Origin: Candidatus Woesebacteria bacterium
GTDB taxonomy: Bacteria; Patescibacteriota; Microgenomatia; UBA1400; UBA1396
Length of the DNA stretch: 64,000 nt
NCBI GenBank assembly: GCA_021208605.1
Contig: JAJOJK010000003.1
Span: forward strand, 73,481-137,480
Reading direction: 5' to 3'
Position 1 is the first letter of the stretch, and the number at the start of each line of letters is the position of its first letter. Both the position numbers and the translations under genes were made by a program. This document shows positions 10,245 to 19,937 of the stretch, in pieces. The notes under the pieces are model-generated. The model was not told the DNA's origin and did no database searches. It saw only the letters and a list, made by a program, of their open reading frames with translations.

Positions 10245-10607
10245 ATGCTCCCTGCAAAACTCCGCTTCCCGTTTCGTAAGTATCCTGATTTTTTTCAGCA
10301 GTCACGCTGGGGTGTGGTGCCGGGTGCTAAAAACGATCCATTGCTCCGCTCGCTTTCGTTTCGTGTTCAGCAAAAAGATGATTCAGGACTTCGTTGGGCT
10401 ATAGTCACCTCAAAGAAGGTCGGCAACGCCGTTGTGCGGGCGCAAAACAAGCGTTTTGTGCGCCAAGCCATCATTGAGCTGAGCCGCGAGGATGCATCCG
10501 TTTTTGCTCTGCCCTACAACGTGGTGGTGTATCTCCGCTCTTCTCTCTCTAGTACCGAAGAAGCCAAACAAATAATCACGCAATTTTTGAGAACGATTAT
10601 TGCTTAG
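10245..10607 (+). CDS. rnpA: RNase P protein component
   Basis: RWAIVTSKKVGNAVVRAQNKRFVR; synteny with rpmH and yidC. Confidence 0.92.
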   Translation: MLPAKLRFPFRKYPDFFQQSRWGVVPGAKNDPLLRSLSFRVQQKDDSGLRWAIVTSKKVGNAVVRAQNKRFVRQAIIELSREDASVFALPYNVVVYLRSSLSSTEEAKQIITQFLRTIIA

Positions 10608-10694
10608 CTTTTTACTCTTTTCTTGGCGTCGAGTATGATACAATGCCAGTCTTGAACGGCGCTCTGCCCTCTCCGTCAAAATACAAAGGAATCG

Positions 10695-11446
10695 ATGAAT
10701 TTTGCATTTATTACTGAACCCATTGCCCAGTTACTTTTTTATCTGACCCAAACCACAGGCAATCTCGGGTGGGCCATTATTTTGCTGACTTTGATCGTCC
10801 GCGGTGCCATGATCCCTATTACGGTTCCTGGCCAACGCCAACAATTCGCCACGCGCAAAAAAATGAAGAAAATCCAGCCCAAGCTCAATGCGCTTAAGGA
10901 AAAGCACAAAGACGACGCCGTCAAACTCTCCAAAGCGCAAATGGACCTGTACAAAGAGCACGATATTAAGCTCTTTTCCTTCGCTTCTCTCTTGCCTTTA
11001 GTGCAAATTGTTTTCTTGATTGCTCTGTATCACGTGCTCTTACGTGAACTCGGTGCACTCGAGACACATCCTATCTTCTTTGGAATTGATCTTGCTTCCA
11101 GAGATACTACTTATATCTTGCCTGTCGTCGCCGCTGCCTTGCAGCTGATTATGTCAATTATGATCTTGCCAGGATTAGAAAAGCACGACGTCGTGCCAGA
11201 CAAGAGCAAGAAGAAAGCCTTGAAAGAGCTCAACGAAAAAGAGACTGACCAACAAGAAATGATGGAAGCTGTACAGCAACAAATGGTTTTCATTTTCCAG
11301 TAATTACTGGTATTTTAGCCGCCCAGTTCCCGGCCGGAGTAGCCCTGTATTGGGTTGCGACTACGTTGTTTAGCATTGTTCAGCAATACTTTATTTCTGG
11401 TCTGGGAGGACTCGAAAAATACCTGCCCGCACAGTTACGCAAGTAA
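10695..11446 (+). CDS. yidC: Membrane insertase YidC/Oxa1 (frameshift near 11295)
   Basis: WAIILLTLIVR, KMKKIQPKL, LPLVQIVFLIALY; the -1 frame continues QFPAGVALYWVATTLFSIVQQY to TAA at 11446. Confidence 0.93.
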
Positions 11447-11458
11447 ACAGGAGGAAAT

Positions 11459-11920
11459 ATGACAGTACAAGAGTACGTCGATAAGGTGATTGATTACCTG
11501 ACCATTGAACCCGAGAACGTCGAGGTGAGAGAAGAGGACGAATATGTCTTCATCAATATTTTCGTTCCCGAGGACGACGCCGGAAAAATGATCGGTAAGC
11601 ACGGTGAAACAATCTCGAGCTTGGCTCACCTTGTTTCCGTCAGCTTTCACGATGAATTAACCGACAAAAAAGTCGTCGTTGACATCAATGACTACAAAAA
11701 TCGCCGCGAAGAAGAGTCCATTGAGATGGGCCGCCAGGCTGCAAAGAGAGTAGTGGAGACCTTGCGTCCGCACCACATGCCTCGTTCCTTGCACGCCCAC
11801 CAACGTCGTGCTGTGCACCATGATTTACAGTCCTACGAGGGCGTGTACACGCAGTCAGAAGGTGAGGGCAGAGACCGTCATATGGTTATTTACCCTGAAG
11901 GGTATGAAGCTGAAGAGTAA
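11459..11920 (+). CDS. jag: Jag/KhpB-like KH + R3H RNA-binding protein
   Basis: MIGKHGETISSL, DINDYK, RRAVHH, SEGEGRDRHMVI. Confidence 0.9.
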   Translation: MTVQEYVDKVIDYLTIEPENVEVREEDEYVFINIFVPEDDAGKMIGKHGETISSLAHLVSVSFHDELTDKKVVVDINDYKNRREEESIEMGRQAAKRVVETLRPHHMPRSLHAHQRRAVHHDLQSYEGVYTQSEGEGRDRHMVIYPEGYEAEE

Positions 11921-11942
11921 CCTACTACTTAGTTTGGAATAG

Positions 11943-11969
11943 AAAAGGGCTCCGTTGGGAGCCCTTTTT
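11943..11969 (+). terminator. Intrinsic terminator
   Basis: AAAAGGGCTCC-gttg-GGAGCCCTTTTT. Confidence 0.85.
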
Positions 11970-12114
11970 ACGATTCTTAGTTAGAAATTTTTATTACCGT
12001 TGTGGTTCTACTGACTCATCTGGTTGAGAACCACGAGCCATAGCCTCTTGTTGCTCAATTCTTGCCATTGTGGCCTGAGTGTTTTTTCTAGCTCGAGTAG
12101 TATAAAATGACCGC

Positions 12115-12537
12115 ATGACACTTCAGATCAACACCGACGGCGGCAGCCGGGGCAATCCAGGCAGAGCAGCGTATGGCGTGGTATACACCATGGATGGCGT
12201 GCCGCAACTAGAAAAATCGGGCTTTTTGGGAATTGCCACCAATAACGAAGCCGAATACCAAGGCTTGATTGTCGCCTTGGAGAACTTACCTGAATTCCTC
12301 AAGAACAACGCCGTGAAGAGCGTGGTTATTAAAATGGACTCAAATCTCGTCGTACAGCAGGTCAATGGCGCCTGGAAAACCAAGGATGCGCGTATGCGTG
12401 ACTACGTGGTGCAAGCTCGCCAGTTGTTGCAGCAGGTCGCGATCCCGGTCCGCTTAGAGTATGTGCCCCGAGCTCAGAATTCTGAGGCCGACCGCTTGGT
12501 GAATAAATGCCTGGATCAGATTGCTCTGCAAGAATAA
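12115..12537 (+). CDS. rnhA: Ribonuclease HI family protein
   Basis: TDGGSRGNPG, TNNEAEY, DSNLVVQQ, VPRAQNSEADRL. Confidence 0.92.
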   Translation: MTLQINTDGGSRGNPGRAAYGVVYTMDGVPQLEKSGFLGIATNNEAEYQGLIVALENLPEFLKNNAVKSVVIKMDSNLVVQQVNGAWKTKDARMRDYVVQARQLLQQVAIPVRLEYVPRAQNSEADRLVNKCLDQIALQE

Positions 12538-12749
12538 ATTCCACTTTTGGGGATGTCGCAGCATGCGTGTCGAATACTCTTCTGCGAAGATCGAATCGCG
12601 TAAAAATAGCGAGACCACGTGAATTTATTCAGTTCTATCCGCTTTTTTTAATCACACTTATTCGGTAGAGTCCATTGAAATGGACGAAGAAACAGTGCTC
12701 AAAACATTTCCGCTAGCGTGAGTGAGTGGGCGGCGTATACACTACACAT

Positions 12750-15266
12750 ATGCGCCAGCGTTTTGTCGTCGAAATCGTTGATGATGAACCTGCCTCGACC
12801 TCTGACGCTTCTGTAAATACCCAGACCCCTGAAGGCCATGGGTTGCCAGAGCCAGACTCGGGAGCTTTTCGTGCGCCGGAATCTCCGTTTGAACCGCCGC
12901 TCCAAGATGTGCAGTCAGTGCCGGTTTCTCAACCCGTGGAACAGCCAGTTTCTCGATATCAAGAATCTGTCCCTTCATCAGTTCCGCAAGCTCCAACAGC
13001 AAGTAATCGAACGCACGTGCCAGTCTCTCCGCCTTCTGAACCGAATCCCCGGCCTCCAGTCGTGGCTCAGCCTCCCAGCATGCAGTTTGTCAAACGGGCT
13101 CAGCAGAATCATGACAGAGCCAAAGCACCGGATATTTTTGAGCAACGTCAGTCACACGTGCAGGGGTTGTTTCAAGAAGCCCAACTGAATGATGCTCGCG
13201 AAGAGCATCCGCACGTCGAGCAACCAGCTGTGACGCGGCGCCGTCAGCGGGAAATTCTGCGTTCAACGAGAGAGCAGGCTTTTCAGGAGCAGCTGCAAAA
13301 TACGACCGTTCCCAAGACCAAAATAGAGCAGTTTTACCAATCTCAACCAGATTACGCCCCAACGCAACCAGCTTCGCCAAGGAAACAAAATAGTTGGAAA
13401 CAGAGCATTCTTCGGTCCTTGCGCATAGGACGTCGCGTAACTGTTGGCATGGTGTTGATTTTGGTCCTGGTTGGCTCGGTAGCCGGAGCGGCTTTTGCCG
13501 TGCGAGCCGATTTGCATGATACGAAAGTCCAGGTGCAAGGGTTGGTTTCAGACATGGAAACCGGACAAATTCGCTCGGCCAAAGAGCGGGTAGAGATACT
13601 TCGTCGTAAGCAGGCTCGATATACCACTGTGTACCGCTGGAGCAGAGGAGTGCTTCCCGTGGTTTTAGGAGAGCAAAAAACCACTCATCTCGATAAGCTT
13701 TTATCGATTTCTGACTCTGGTTTATACGTTATCGAAAACGGATTTGAGACGTATGACCTCATGCAAACTGGATATCAGCAGTTCTTGGGCGAAGACAGTG
13801 GTGATGCAATCACGACTTTAACGCAAGTGTCCGGCGAGCTCGAAGCCGTATTTACCGATCTCTCTTCTTTGCAAGCCGAGCTCCAAGGTCTTGATAACCC
13901 ATTTGGCATCGCCGTGCTGGATGAAGTTCGTAGAGAAGTGAGTTCTTCATTCCCGGAACTGCGCCGTGCCGTGCTGGCGGCCCAACAGATGAGCTATGCC
14001 TTGCCAGAACTCTTGGGTGAAGACGGAAAAAAACAGTACTTAGTGCTTTTGCAGAATAACGAAGAACTCCGGCCGACTGGCGGATTTATTGGCTCTTTTG
14101 CCATTTTAACTGTCGAGAAAGGTCGCTTTGTCGACTTCCGTGTGGAAGATGTCTATGAGGCCGATGGCCAACTCCAAGGCTACGTGACGCCGCCCGAAGA
14201 GATTGTGCAGTACTTGGGTGAGGCGCAGTGGTATCTCCGCGACGTGAACTGGGATCCCGATTTTCCCACCGTGGCCGACCAAGCCGGCTGGTTCCTCAAC
14301 AAGGAGATCAATATCCAGCCCGATGGCGTGATCGGCATCAATCTTCATGTGGCGCAAAAATTGTTGGAAGTCACCGGTCCCGTCCAGCTGGTAGACTACG
14401 ACGAAGTCATCACCAAAGATAATCTCTACGAGCGCGCCGAAATGCACTCCGAAATCAATTTCTTCCCTGGCTCTACCCAAAAACGCGATTTCTTGAGCGC
14501 CGTGGCGAATCAATTGTTTGACAAGCTTATGAACTCTGAAGATACCAATACGCTGGCAGTCATGGAGGCTTTGTATGAGTCAGCGGAAGAATCGCAGTTA
14601 TTGGTTTCGGTGGACGCTCCGCAAGCCCGCACCGCCTTCCAGAATTTGGGGTGGACCGGCGCGGTGTTGAGTCCGAACTGTCCGTCACCGTTTAACGAAG
14701 ATGTGTGTTTTGTCGACACCGTGATGCAAGTAGAAGCCAACGTGGGGGTGAATAAAGCCAACCAGTACATTGAACGTGAGATTGCGCACCACACCATTGT
14801 CGGTAAAGAACAAGTAAAGCACGAGCGCAGCATGACCTTTACCAATACCGCTGACTCAAACGCATGGCCGGAAGGCGCGTACAAGAACTATTTACGGCTG
14901 TTTGTGCCCGCAAACGCCTCATTGAACACTGTGACCATAGACGGCACCGTTTTGGACGCCTCAGCGGTCCGTGTCATCGATGAAGGAGATAAAGAATCAT
15001 TTGGCTTCCTAGTGAACGTCCCGATTCGTTCTACGGTCACCGTGGAAGTCGAGTACACCGTGCCAGTTCCCGCAGATCAACGCCAAGTGTATGCACTCTT
15101 CGAGCAAAAGCAATCTGGCACGGCTGATGATGAAGTTGTGCACACCGTTGAAGTCCTCGGCCGTAGTGTTTTAACCGTGGCGCCGGAACCGGTCATTGAA
15201 GGTCGCACCATGGAGTTTGTTTCCGATCGCACCACGCACCAGTTTATGGCTGTGGAGATGGAGTAA
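12750..15266 (+). CDS. DUF4012-type membrane-anchored protein
   Basis: LLQNNEELRPTGGFIGS, RDVNWDPDFP, EANVGVNKAN; one TM helix after a disordered N-terminus. Confidence 0.85.
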   Translation: MRQRFVVEIVDDEPASTSDASVNTQTPEGHGLPEPDSGAFRAPESPFEPPLQDVQSVPVSQPVEQPVSRYQESVPSSVPQAPTASNRTHVPVSPPSEPNPRPPVVAQPPSMQFVKRAQQNHDRAKAPDIFEQRQSHVQGLFQEAQLNDAREEHPHVEQPAVTRRRQREILRSTREQAFQEQLQNTTVPKTKIEQFYQSQPDYAPTQPASPRKQNSWKQSILRSLRIGRRVTVGMVLILVLVGSVAGAAFAVRADLHDTKVQVQGLVSDMETGQIRSAKERVEILRRKQARYTTVYRWSRGVLPVVLGEQKTTHLDKLLSISDSGLYVIENGFETYDLMQTGYQQFLGEDSGDAITTLTQVSGELEAVFTDLSSLQAELQGLDNPFGIAVLDEVRREVSSSFPELRRAVLAAQQMSYALPELLGEDGKKQYLVLLQNNEELRPTGGFIGSFAILTVEKGRFVDFRVEDVYEADGQLQGYVTPPEEIVQYLGEAQWYLRDVNWDPDFPTVADQAGWFLNKEINIQPDGVIGINLHVAQKLLEVTGPVQLVDYDEVITKDNLYERAEMHSEINFFPGSTQKRDFLSAVANQLFDKLMNSEDTNTLAVMEALYESAEESQLLVSVDAPQARTAFQNLGWTGAVLSPNCPSPFNEDVCFVDTVMQVEANVGVNKANQYIEREIAHHTIVGKEQVKHERSMTFTNTADSNAWPEGAYKNYLRLFVPANASLNTVTIDGTVLDASAVRVIDEGDKESFGFLVNVPIRSTVTVEVEYTVPVPADQRQVYALFEQKQSGTADDEVVHTVEVLGRSVLTVAPEPVIEGRTMEFVSDRTTHQFMAVEME

Positions 15267-15444
15267 ATTTACACAAACTTCGTATTGTTTGTGTTGTTTC
15301 AGTCGTTACAAAAAACGTATTAATAGAGCTTAGTCAGCTTGTAAAAAATTGATGAACCAGTAGAAAACCATTTTATCCACTTGGATAATATGGTGGAAAT
15401 TGGAACTGGATCGAGCCGAGTAGTTCTTATTTTTGAACGCTGAT

Positions 15445-17775
15445 TTATTCTGGCCACTGAGAAGTAATCAGCAGTCTGTCTTCACGTCGCAGTTGTTGCC
15501 ATACCGCTTCCGTCACAAATGGCATGAATGGGTGGAGGAGTTGCAAACTGATGAAGTAGACGTGACTGACGGTTGCTCGATAGGCGTCGGTTTCCGTGCG
15601 GTCTTTGTTGTTTTCCAGATAGCCGTTCGCAAAGTCATTCCAGAGGAAGTCGTAGATGCCGAGAGCGGCGTCGCTAAAGCGGAACTTTTCTAAGTTCTCG
15701 GTGACGCTGGTTACCAACTCATCGAGCTGGTTGAGGATCTTAGTATCTTCAGCGGAAAATTCGTTGGCATCTACTTCGCTCACAGCGGGAGACCTGCCAT
15801 GCTCACTTTCCGAAATCTGAATAAAGCGACCAATGTTCCAAATCTTATTGCCGAAGTTGCGGTAGCCTTTCACTTTGGGTTCGCTCAGCGCAATTGGGTT
15901 GCCCGGTGCGGATCCGGCCACTAAGGCAATGCGCAGCGCGTCTGCACCGTATTTTTCGACGATGTCGAGCGGGTTGATCACGTTGCCTTTGGACTTACTC
16001 ATTTTGGCGCCTTTAGAGTCGGTCACCATGGAGTGGAGGTAGACGTGTTTGAAGGGCACATCGCCAGTCAAATAGGTGCCGAGCATGATCATGCGCGCCA
16101 CCCAGAAGAAAAGGATGTCCCACATGGTGTCCAAGAGAGAAGTGGGGTAGAACTGCTGGAAGTTTTCGCCATCTGGATACTTCAAAACGACGAGCGGCCA
16201 CTGACCAGAACTAAACCACGTGTCGAACGTATCGGTTTCCTGGATGAAGTCGTCACCGGGACTTTCGGGACTAATTTCAAATGGCGTTTCGGTGGGCGCG
16301 ATGAGGCTTTGTAGACCAGCGCGAATTTCTACTAACTCGAATCCAGCCTCGTAGGCTTTTTCGAGTGTGAGATTGTGGCGTTCACCATTGGTATCGAGGA
16401 ATGACACAAAAATGTTGGTATTTTCGCGAGCGTTGTACCACACCGGCATGCGGATTCCCCACACAATTTGGCGAGAGATTGGCCAGTCGCGGATGTTTTC
16501 CAGCCATTGTTGGTACTGTTTCACAAACCGAGACGGAATGAGCTCAACTTTGTTTTGCTCGACCGCTTCTAAGCCAAGTTTTGCCAACGGCTCCATGTTC
16601 ACAAACCAGTTCGGGTAGGGAAGCGGTTCGATAGTGTGTTTGCCTTTATAGCACACCGTGACTTTATTTTGGTATTTCTCGTCGATTTTTTCGAGTGAGT
16701 TTTCGGCTTCCAAAAGCTTGACCACCGCTGGGCGAGCATGGAAGATTGATTGATTGTGGAACTGTGTTTTCAGTTGTTCGGCGCGACCTTTTGCCGGTTC
16801 TTGTTCTGGGTTGTGCCACTCGAGATCGATTTTCCCCAGCGTGTTGATGGTGACGTGGAGGGGCAAGTCATGTTTTTTGCCGAGCTCAAAGTCGTTCGGA
16901 TCGTGAGCGGGCGTGATTTTGAGCATACCGGTGCCGAATTCTGGATCGACGTACTCGTCTTCAATGATCGGAATAGGCTGCTTGGTGAGCGGATTCAAAA
17001 CGTATTCGCCATGCAACGCTTTGGCTCGAGGGTCTTCAGGATGGATGGCTACAGCAGCGTCAGCAAAAATAGTCTCCGGGCGCACGGTAGCGACGGTGAT
17101 ATACATGATCTCTTCGCCATTGATGATGCGTGGCTCGCCATCCGAAAAACGGTAGCGGACGTAGTAGAGCGGCGAGGTTTGGTCTTCGTGGGTGACTTCT
17201 AGATCGGCAAAAGTCGTTCCGCATTTCGGACAGTAGTTCACCAGATAATTGTCGCGGTAAATGAGGCCGTCTTTGGCCAGCTTGGAGAATGTTTCGTGGA
17301 CGGTTTTGATAACGTGCTCATCGAGCGTGAAGGTTTTTTGCGACCAGTCCGCTGAAAATCCGAGCCGACGCATTTGGTTTTCGATGAGGCCAGAATTCTG
17401 CTTTACGAAGTCGAAAATATTTTCGTAGAGCGTTTCGCGGTCAAACTGGAAACGGGACTTCTTTTCTTTTTTGAGGTGTTTTTCGTACACAAACTGCGTT
17501 TCAAAACCAGCGTGATCCGTGCCGGGGAACCAGACTGTGGGGTGGCCTTGCATGCGTTTGAAGCGAGTCATGATGTCTTGGATGACGTACATGGCGTGAC
17601 CAGCGTGCAGCGAGGCATTCGCATTTGGCGGTGGCATGAGGATGGAGAAGGGTTCTTTGTTAGGATCGGTGGAAGTTGCTTGTGGCGTAAATGCGCCCGC
17701 TTCTTCCCACTGTGCGTAAATCGCTTCTTCGTGGTCTTCGTGCTTGTACTGCTTGGGCAAAATGTCGGAATTCAT
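15445..17775 (-). CDS. valS: Valine--tRNA ligase lacking the C-terminal coiled-coil arm
   Basis: PPPNANASLHAGH, DWPISRQIVWG, DTFDTWFSS, KMSKS, LLHPFMPFVTE; ends at SQWPE. Confidence 0.97.
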   Translation of the reverse strand: MNSDILPKQYKHEDHEEAIYAQWEEAGAFTPQATSTDPNKEPFSILMPPPNANASLHAGHAMYVIQDIMTRFKRMQGHPTVWFPGTDHAGFETQFVYEKHLKKEKKSRFQFDRETLYENIFDFVKQNSGLIENQMRRLGFSADWSQKTFTLDEHVIKTVHETFSKLAKDGLIYRDNYLVNYCPKCGTTFADLEVTHEDQTSPLYYVRYRFSDGEPRIINGEEIMYITVATVRPETIFADAAVAIHPEDPRAKALHGEYVLNPLTKQPIPIIEDEYVDPEFGTGMLKITPAHDPNDFELGKKHDLPLHVTINTLGKIDLEWHNPEQEPAKGRAEQLKTQFHNQSIFHARPAVVKLLEAENSLEKIDEKYQNKVTVCYKGKHTIEPLPYPNWFVNMEPLAKLGLEAVEQNKVELIPSRFVKQYQQWLENIRDWPISRQIVWGIRMPVWYNARENTNIFVSFLDTNGERHNLTLEKAYEAGFELVEIRAGLQSLIAPTETPFEISPESPGDDFIQETDTFDTWFSSGQWPLVVLKYPDGENFQQFYPTSLLDTMWDILFFWVARMIMLGTYLTGDVPFKHVYLHSMVTDSKGAKMSKSKGNVINPLDIVEKYGADALRIALVAGSAPGNPIALSEPKVKGYRNFGNKIWNIGRFIQISESEHGRSPAVSEVDANEFSAEDTKILNQLDELVTSVTENLEKFRFSDAALGIYDFLWNDFANGYLENNKDRTETDAYRATVSHVYFISLQLLHPFMPFVTEAVWQQLRREDRLLITSQWPE

Positions 17776-17811
17776 GGGTGGATTATAGCAGGGATGGCAA
17801 CTGATTTCTTC

Positions 17812-17895
17812 AGGGTTCTCCTGTTGTTGAGTTTTCTCAAGAAGGAGAATCCTAGGATTCTCCTTCTTGAGGTAGTTGTGGAGCAGGAGAATCCG
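17812..17895. repeat. 84-bp four-core palindromic cassette E1 (core AGGAGAATCCT)
   Basis: 11-20-11-11-20-11 layout; perfect 36-bp palindrome 17836-17871; arms similar to the copies at 56649 and 62806. Confidence 0.85.
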
Positions 17896-18010
17896 AAAAG
17901 ATCTATTCCCGCACCATCCTCGCACTATTCTCGTAGACTCTATCAAACTATATCATTTCTATTTTTGTTTGGATTGCCAAAGCTTCTCAAAACCGGCATA
18001 GTACAGAACT

Positions 18011-18598
18011 ATGCGACACGTATTCATGGATGTAGAAACTCAGAAAAGTTTTGAAGAAGTTGGCGGGTATTTTCCCGAGAAGCTGGGCGTCAGTTTCGTG
18101 GGCATTTGTATCCGCGACGGCTACAACGGACCTGGCGAGTTCAAAGGCTTTTTCGAACAAGACTTACCCAAACTCTGGCCAATTTTCGAAACGGCTGATG
18201 TAGTGATTGGCTTTAATAATCTCGGATTCGACAACGAAACCTTGAGGCCGTACTACAGCGGAGATCCAAATCAGTGGAATAATCTCGATCTCATGGCCCG
18301 CTTCAAGGAAGCTACCGGACACCGCATCGGGTTAGATGCCATTGCCAAAGAGTCAGTTGGAGCGGGGAAGACCGGCAACGGACTCGATGCCATCAAGTAC
18401 TACCGCGAAAATCGCTTGCGCGAGTTGGCCAAGTACTGCTTGCAAGATGTGGCTATCACGCGCGATGTGTACGATTTTGGTCGGACACACAACAAAGTGG
18501 TCTACACCAACAAGTGGAATCGCCGTATTGAGTCGGCGGTGGATTTTACCTATGTGCCGACGGCTGCGAGCGGGGTGCAGATGGCACTTCTCGGATGA
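18011..18598 (+). CDS. RNase H-like DEDD 3'-5' exonuclease (YprB/RNase_H_2-like)
   Basis: FMDVET, VIGFNNLGFD, KYCLQDV. Confidence 0.85.
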   Translation: MRHVFMDVETQKSFEEVGGYFPEKLGVSFVGICIRDGYNGPGEFKGFFEQDLPKLWPIFETADVVIGFNNLGFDNETLRPYYSGDPNQWNNLDLMARFKEATGHRIGLDAIAKESVGAGKTGNGLDAIKYYRENRLRELAKYCLQDVAITRDVYDFGRTHNKVVYTNKWNRRIESAVDFTYVPTAASGVQMALLG

Positions 18599-18601
18599 TT
18601 A

Positions 18602-18628
18602 GAGAGGGACCGACCCTTAGGCCTATAA
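18602..18628 (+). repeat. Dispersed REP-like copy R4
   Basis: GAGAGGGACCGACCCTTAGGCCTATAA, 26/27 identical to the RAYT flank at 39794-39820. Confidence 0.85.
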
Positions 18629-18662
18629 CTCCAAAATTTCCATAGCATGATACAATTCCTCT

Positions 18663-19622
18663 ATGCCAACAATTTTTGATGCTTCCGCAGAAGAGCAGAA
18701 GAAAAAGCAGAAAGCTGTCGAACAACAGTTGGCTGATATTCAACGCGAAAGAAAACAGAATTTAAAGAAGAACCAGGCTAAAAAGACAAAAAAAACAGCT
18801 AACTCTGTTCCCAAAAAAACATTGAAATTGACGAACTCAACAGGTATTCCTCAAATTGAACACGCCTCAATACCGACTGCAGAAACAGATCAAAAATCAG
18901 AAATTTCATTCTCCAAAACTGAGAAAAACGTGCCAAAGGACCGTCCTTCCATGACCTCCAAGCCCACCGCGAACCCCACGCCACAAACAACCCCCACAAC
19001 CCCGTCAGCAAAGCGCCGACCAGAAGAGTACAGCTCCGTTTTGAGAGGTGAGCGCCCAAGTAATGGAATTTTCGCCGCCTTCATGCCCCAGCCCCACGGC
19101 GTCGGGTTTGAGTCTCAGCATGAGCACGAGGAGATTCTGCTGGTGTTGCGTCAACATCCAGTCGTTAACGTGGTTTGGGTTACCATCACAATTATTCTGA
19201 TGCTGGCACCATTTTTGTTGTTCCCAATGATTCCGCTGCAGGTTATTTTGCCCGGGGTGTATATGTTTTTCTTGATGGTGGCCTGGTATTTATTCGTCAC
19301 GGCGTATGTGATTGAAAGTTTTTTGGGTTGGTACTTCAACATTTACATCATCACCGACGAAAGAATTATCGACATCGATTTCTATTCCTTAATCTACAAG
19401 TCAGTTTCTGAAGCCAAAATCGAGAAAATTGAAGACGTCACCTCAACAACCGCTGGTTTCTTTGGGGCATTTTTCAATTACGGCAATATTGCCATTCAGA
19501 CCGCCGCCGAGAAGCGCGAGTTTGAGTTCGCCCGGGTGCCGCAACCAGCCAAGATAACTAAGTTTTTGAACGAACTCATGATTGAAGAAGAACGGGAGAA
19601 AATTGAAGGGAGGGTGATGTAA
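18663..19622 (+). CDS. Membrane protein with bacterial PH domain
   Basis: Two TM helices, then YIITDERIID...IEDVT...FNYGNIAIQTA. Confidence 0.85.
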   Translation: MPTIFDASAEEQKKKQKAVEQQLADIQRERKQNLKKNQAKKTKKTANSVPKKTLKLTNSTGIPQIEHASIPTAETDQKSEISFSKTEKNVPKDRPSMTSKPTANPTPQTTPTTPSAKRRPEEYSSVLRGERPSNGIFAAFMPQPHGVGFESQHEHEEILLVLRQHPVVNVVWVTITIILMLAPFLLFPMIPLQVILPGVYMFFLMVAWYLFVTAYVIESFLGWYFNIYIITDERIIDIDFYSLIYKSVSEAKIEKIEDVTSTTAGFFGAFFNYGNIAIQTAAEKREFEFARVPQPAKITKFLNELMIEEEREKIEGRVM

Positions 19623-19891
19623 TGGAAAACTCTCCGTTTGCTAACTCACCATTTATGACCGGTGAAATTTTCACCCCTGATGGACTGGGCGTTTTTTACC
19701 GCGCCGGCTTAAAAGCATCATTCTTGGTGGCGTTTGCTCTGTATGTTGTTTTTGCTATTGTAGTAATTCGTCAGGTGTTCTTGATGGAGCACACTATCAA
19801 CACGCCGTTGCACTTTGTGTTGAAGGTGTTTGCGATTGGACACTTGATAGTGTCGTTATTTGTTTTCTTGTTGGCCTTTTTAGTGTTGTAA
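19622..19891 (+). CDS. Small two-TM membrane protein
   Basis: 89 aa, coupled to the upstream gene by TAATG. Confidence 0.75.
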   Translation: MENSPFANSPFMTGEIFTPDGLGVFYRAGLKASFLVAFALYVVFAIVVIRQVFLMEHTINTPLHFVLKVFAIGHLIVSLFVFLLAFLVL

Positions 19892-19937
19892 ACGAGTTTC
19901 CGTGACAGAGTGGCTCGGTTCTTGCTATGATGATCGT

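Noticed and set aside
12532-12630. Branched hairpin after rnhA
   Set aside because: Short AT-rich closing stem, single copy, no promoter; not distinguishable from an ordinary 3' structure.
15373-15388. DnaA-box-like pair (datA-like site)
   Set aside because: Only two imperfect boxes; chance cannot be excluded.
17776-17946. N-terminal extension of ValRS (KENPRILLL repeat)
   Set aside because: Read-through of cassette E1, whose 84 bp keep the frame; a leaderless-type promoter points to ATG 17775.
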